From Verrucomicrobiia bacterium (GTDB lineage Bacteria > Verrucomicrobiota > Verrucomicrobiia > Limisphaerales > UBA1319): a stretch of 64,000 nucleotides of DNA. The stretch is from assembly GCA_963664225.1 (NCBI GenBank), contig OY760937.1, positions 2,464,001 to 2,528,000 on the forward strand. The letters are read 5' to 3'. Both the position numbers and the translations under genes were made by a program. Positions 60,248 to 64,000 of the stretch are shown here, one piece after another. The notes below the pieces were generated by a model. That model worked only from the letters and a program-made list of their open reading frames with translations. It searched no databases and was not told where the DNA came from. Numbering within the stretch: the stretch's first letter is position 1; every line of letters starts with the position of its first letter.

Positions 60248-60893
60248 ACGCGCTACTGGCCTGATCCTGCGCACCCAGCCGCTCACGGATACCAGCCTCA
60301 TCGTGCAATGGATCACTCCCGACCTGGGTCGGGTCTCCACCGTGGCCAAGGGGGCGCGGCGGCCCAAATCACCTTTCGCGGGAAAGCTCGATCTGTTTTT
60401 CGAATGCGAGTTCAGCTTTGTTCGCAGCCGCCGCAGTGAGTTGCATACGTTGCGTGAGGCCCGACTGGTGGACAGCCATCCGGCCTTGCGCGAGGACCTC
60501 GAGCGACTCCAGATGGCCGCCTACGCCGCCGCGCTGATCCAGACGGCCACAGAGACGGATACGCCGTTGCCGGATCATTACGCGTTGTTATCGGAATTCA
60601 TCCGCGAAATCACAGGGCGTCCCCCCCGTCCCCTGACCCTTTTTGCGCTGGAGATCAAAACCCTCGAAATCGGCGGAATGGCCCCTGACCTGTCCGATAG
60701 CGCATTGAATCCGGGCGCCCGCCAGATCCTGGAGAAGTGTCGGCAGTCCGATTGGGCCACCCTGGCACGATTGGTCCCAAGCCCCGGCCAGGAGCGGGAT
60801 ATCGCACGGTTCCTGGGACATTTTATCGAGTTCAATCTGGAACGACTCCCCCGGGGCCGCGACGTCTGCCTGAGCTCCGTTTTCAAGTTATAG
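60240..60893 (+). CDS. recO: DNA repair protein RecO
   Basis: GLILR...DTSLIV...GRVSTVAKGARRPKS; follows phoH-ybeY. Confidence 0.88.
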   Translation: MDERATGLILRTQPLTDTSLIVQWITPDLGRVSTVAKGARRPKSPFAGKLDLFFECEFSFVRSRRSELHTLREARLVDSHPALREDLERLQMAAYAAALIQTATETDTPLPDHYALLSEFIREITGRPPRPLTLFALEIKTLEIGGMAPDLSDSALNPGARQILEKCRQSDWATLARLVPSPGQERDIARFLGHFIEFNLERLPRGRDVCLSSVFKL

Positions 60894-60966
60894 AACGAAC
60901 AGAATCTCACGCGAAGCCGCGAAGTCGCGAAAGCGGATAAGAACAAGGAGAGGCAGGGGTCTCCCG

Positions 60967-62871
60967 TCATTTCCCAAACACGGTTCCCCATTTGTCCAAC
61001 GGAACATCCGAGGTGAAGGGCTGCTCACGGATGTCGCCCGGCGAGAAGAGAATGGTCAGTCGGGTGTGGGTGGTTTCCGGCAGGACGACGAGCAATTTTC
61101 GAATGCCCTTGGTCGAGTATTGAGGCGGGGGCAGGTTGACCTCCTGGCTCTCGAACCGCGCGCCGCCGGGTGAGAGAATGCGGGCTTCCAGTGTCCGCCC
61201 ATCCTGCGTGAGCAGGGCCTTCGAACCCTCCAGGGCGATGTTCGCGCGGGTGTGCATGGCCCAGACGATCTTTGCCGGGGCTTTGGTTTCCACTTCGTCC
61301 TGGAGCAGAATACGCCGCCGCTGATCCACAATCGCCATGCCCCGCAGGGCTTTGGTGGCGCCGACAGCGGCATAACCCGCCTTCAAATCGGCAATGGCGT
61401 AGCCGGAACCGACCGCCGTGGAAAACGCGGTGATTGGCGCCGCAGCCTTGGGATCCTGATTCTGGTCGTCGATGGTCAGCGTGTTCTGCCCCTCGGTGCG
61501 GAGGCGGTAATAGGTCCAGCGTTTATTGCCGAAGTAGCCGGGCAGGTTGTATTCATCCCCGCCCAGTTCGATGGCCCAACGCTGGCCCATGGCGTCCAAA
61601 ACGAACGTGCCCAGATCGAGATTGGAATGATTCGCCTTGTTATCCCCGCCCTTCCAGCCGACATACAGCGCGTTGGGATCGGCCCAGGCGGAACGGTAAA
61701 ATACGACGTCGGCCCCCTTGAAGAAGCGATCCAGCGGCAGATGCTTCAGGTCGGCATCCGAACCCTGCGCCTCGTAAAACAGGAGGTCCTGCGCGGAACT
61801 GCGCCGCTCTGATGCTTCGCGCGCGGCAACGGCGAGGGCGGGTTGATGATAACGGCGCGCCAGCCAGAAAAGGGAGGGCTCGTCGCCGGTTTTATCGCCT
61901 GCGTCCGCAAAGTTAAAAAACAAACCCGTGGGGCCAACCGCATAGACGCGGAAAAACCCGGCCTGATCCATACCCGCAATGTCGCCCAGACCGTAATCCT
62001 GGCCCAGCGCGGTCTGCAATGAGGCCAGTGCAGCCACGGTGTAACGCATCGCATAGCCCCAGTAACCGGGACCCTCCGACCATGCGCCGTCCGGTCCGAA
62101 TGTGGCGATGGCCCTGGGCAGTTTCTGGATACTCTCGACGATGAGGCGGCCCGCCAGGGCGGGTTCCTCATCCGCGACGGCGAGCGCGCCCGATAGTATT
62201 CCGCCGTTGCACACGTTGTTCCAATTAAACTCAGAGGTGGTCCACCACCCCTTCTTATCATGCACCTCCTGCGCGGGTTTCAGGCCTTTTTCAACCATTG
62301 CAGTCCGGATCAAACACCGTTGGTCGGGGGTTAAATCGTTGTAGAGCCAGTCATAGCCCACTGCAAAGCCGTGAGTCATTTCGGCCACATCGAGAAAGTG
62401 CGAGGGATTCCAATCCTGGAATGCCGCGGCGGCCTCCAATTCCCGCACGGCGCGGTCTTTCCAGATCTTGTTGCCATCCAGCCGATACAACAGCCCCAGC
62501 GTGTAAATCCGGTCCACGAGCCGACGGCTTTTATCAAGCAGACGCGGCCCGATCAACACCCGCTCGATGGGCGCTTCCTTGAGAATCCCCTCGCCGCGCG
62601 CCTTGAGTTGGTCCGCATACCGGCGCGCCACAGGGTCGGCGGCCACATCCTTGCGAATCCGCTCCAGCTCCGACTCCGTGAGGATCAGCCGGGGATGCCC
62701 GGGCTTCAACGACTTGAGAACTGAGGCTTCGTCCAACGCACCTACGGGCGCATTATCGGCGGCCACGGCTCGAGAGGCCGGTAGCGTCGCAAACAAAAGG
62801 CCAGAAAGGCCCATTGCACAAAGAATGCTGCAGAAGGTCCCGCTCTCGCGAATCAATCGAGTCATGTCCAT
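60967..62871 (-). CDS. heparinase II/III family polysaccharide lyase-like protein
   Basis: HPRL, WNPSHFLDVAEM, NWNNVCNGG, EGPGYW, NFAD, NHSNLDLGTF; signal peptide. Confidence 0.85.
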   Translation of the reverse strand: MDMTRLIRESGTFCSILCAMGLSGLLFATLPASRAVAADNAPVGALDEASVLKSLKPGHPRLILTESELERIRKDVAADPVARRYADQLKARGEGILKEAPIERVLIGPRLLDKSRRLVDRIYTLGLLYRLDGNKIWKDRAVRELEAAAAFQDWNPSHFLDVAEMTHGFAVGYDWLYNDLTPDQRCLIRTAMVEKGLKPAQEVHDKKGWWTTSEFNWNNVCNGGILSGALAVADEEPALAGRLIVESIQKLPRAIATFGPDGAWSEGPGYWGYAMRYTVAALASLQTALGQDYGLGDIAGMDQAGFFRVYAVGPTGLFFNFADAGDKTGDEPSLFWLARRYHQPALAVAAREASERRSSAQDLLFYEAQGSDADLKHLPLDRFFKGADVVFYRSAWADPNALYVGWKGGDNKANHSNLDLGTFVLDAMGQRWAIELGGDEYNLPGYFGNKRWTYYRLRTEGQNTLTIDDQNQDPKAAAPITAFSTAVGSGYAIADLKAGYAAVGATKALRGMAIVDQRRRILLQDEVETKAPAKIVWAMHTRANIALEGSKALLTQDGRTLEARILSPGGARFESQEVNLPPPQYSTKGIRKLLVVLPETTHTRLTILFSPGDIREQPFTSDVPLDKWGTVFGK

Positions 62872-63031
62872 AACAAAGTGGTGTGATCGCTTAGTATTAA
62901 ACCTCTGCCGCAGGTGTTGCCAAGTTTTTATTGATGTGTGGAATGGATGAGCTGCGCAACAAAAACAGGGTGTGGAATACAGCCATTGCAGTGCGCTGTT
63001 TTAAATCGGTTTTAAGGCAACGGCAGAACCG

Positions 63032-63277
63032 GCGGGCGGGGTTCGCGGGGTATTTGAAAACGTTGGATTTATCAACACCGTAAGCCGGTCAGGAGACCGG
63101 CGCTCCGGGGACAGCAGCGGGCGGGATTCGCGAAGCATTTGAAAACGTTGGATTTAAGAACGCTTTAAGCCGGTCAGGAGACCGGCGCTCCGGGGACAGC
63201 AGCGGGCGGGGTTCGCGAAGCATTTGAAAACGTTGGATTTAAGAACGCTTTAAGCCGGTCAGGAGACCGGCGCTCCG
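63032..63277. repeat. tandem array of three 85-bp units each carrying a GGAG-type REP hairpin (BIME-like)
   Basis: Units start at 63032, 63117 and 63202; each contains TTTGAAAACGTTGGATTTA and GCCGGTC-AGGA-GACCGGC-GCTCC. Confidence 0.9.
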
Positions 63278-63351
63278 AAGACACAGGTCACAGGCTTTGG
63301 AATGCAAATTGGCAATGGTTGTGTTAGATTGTCATCATCTCGTCTGAAACC

Positions 63352-64000
63352 ATGAAAGCCTGGCAATACCCCAAACTCGGTCTGGACCACCTGGCGCTCG
63401 TTGAGCGCCCAATGCCGCAACCGGGAGCGCACGAAGTGTTGGTGAAATTTCACGCGGCTTCGCTCAATTACCGCGACCTGCTCCTGGCCTGGGGGCTGTA
63501 TAATCCACATCCTCGTCTGCCAGCCTTGCCGGGCTCGGATGGCGCGGGAGAAATCATCGCACTGGGAGCCGGAGTCACACGGTGGAAAGTGGGTGATCGT
63601 GTTTGCGCCGCCTTCATGCAAAGCTGGATCGATGGCCCGGCAACCCCGGCCAAAGCGGGCACCGCGCTGGGCGGGGGCGGCGAGTTCGACGGTGTGCTGC
63701 GCGAATATGGGGCCTTTCATGAGGAGGGTCTTGTGAGGATTCCGGAACATCTATCCTATGCGGAAGCGGCGACGCTGCCTTGTGCGGCCGTAACGGCGTG
63801 GAATGCACTCGTCGAGGTGGACCATATCAAGGCTGGCGAAACGATCCTCATTCTTGGCACCGGAGGGGTTTCCATCTTTGCCCTTCAACTAGCCAAACTG
63901 CATGGGGCCCGCGTGATTGCCACCTCCAGCAGCGATGAAAAACTGGCCCGCGTGCGGGCGCTGGGTGCGGATGAAACGATTAATTACCGCCAGACTCCCG
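63352..64000 (+). CDS. NAD(P)-dependent medium-chain alcohol dehydrogenase/quinone reductase, partial (runs off right edge)
   Basis: Hand translation MKAWQYPKLGLDHL...ASLNYRD...GSDGAGE...TLPCAAVTAW...GTGGVS. Not in the ORF track. Confidence 0.9.
   Translation, partial: MKAWQYPKLGLDHLALVERPMPQPGAHEVLVKFHAASLNYRDLLLAWGLYNPHPRLPALPGSDGAGEIIALGAGVTRWKVGDRVCAAFMQSWIDGPATPAKAGTALGGGGEFDGVLREYGAFHEEGLVRIPEHLSYAEAATLPCAAVTAWNALVEVDHIKAGETILILGTGGVSIFALQLAKLHGARVIATSSSDEKLARVRALGADETINYRQTP

Noticed and set aside
63032..63277. CRISPR array
   Set aside because: The sequences between hairpins are near-identical copies rather than unique spacers, and no cas genes are in the window.

Overview
This is a 64 kb window of a GC-rich bacterial chromosome, most likely Verrucomicrobiota (PVC superphylum). 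The lineage call is an inference from a stand-alone prepilin-type/H-X9-DG protein, a PEP-CTERM protein, His6-type HisA and large secreted Ig/LRR proteins. The backbone is housekeeping: moeB, msbA-like ABC transporter, nrdR, hisA, rpsT, purM, addA, rpoD, ftsH, clpB, dusB, accD, comF, HIT-phoH-ybeY-recO. Accessory content includes a complete Wadjet (jetABCD) operon followed by an orphan Xre/MbcA-type antitoxin and an AbiEii-type toxin-antitoxin pair. An unannotated 55-aa ORF is coupled to an ADP-ribosyltransferase-like toxin whose predicted G-Y-H-G motif is broken by a TAA. There are two secreted c-type cytochrome fusions (a temptin-like monoheme and a nonaheme), a GC-mosaic BspA-type LRR surface protein, a two-gene AT-rich islet and several classes of intergenic palindromic repeats, including a 3 x 85 bp REP-like array. 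Three unrelated secreted proteins share a C-terminal '[YF]x[LI][EQ][ST]...W...[FY]YR' domain that may be a lineage-specific sorting signal. No rRNA, tRNA, CRISPR array or transposase was recognised. All family assignments come from motif recognition by eye, with no database searches.
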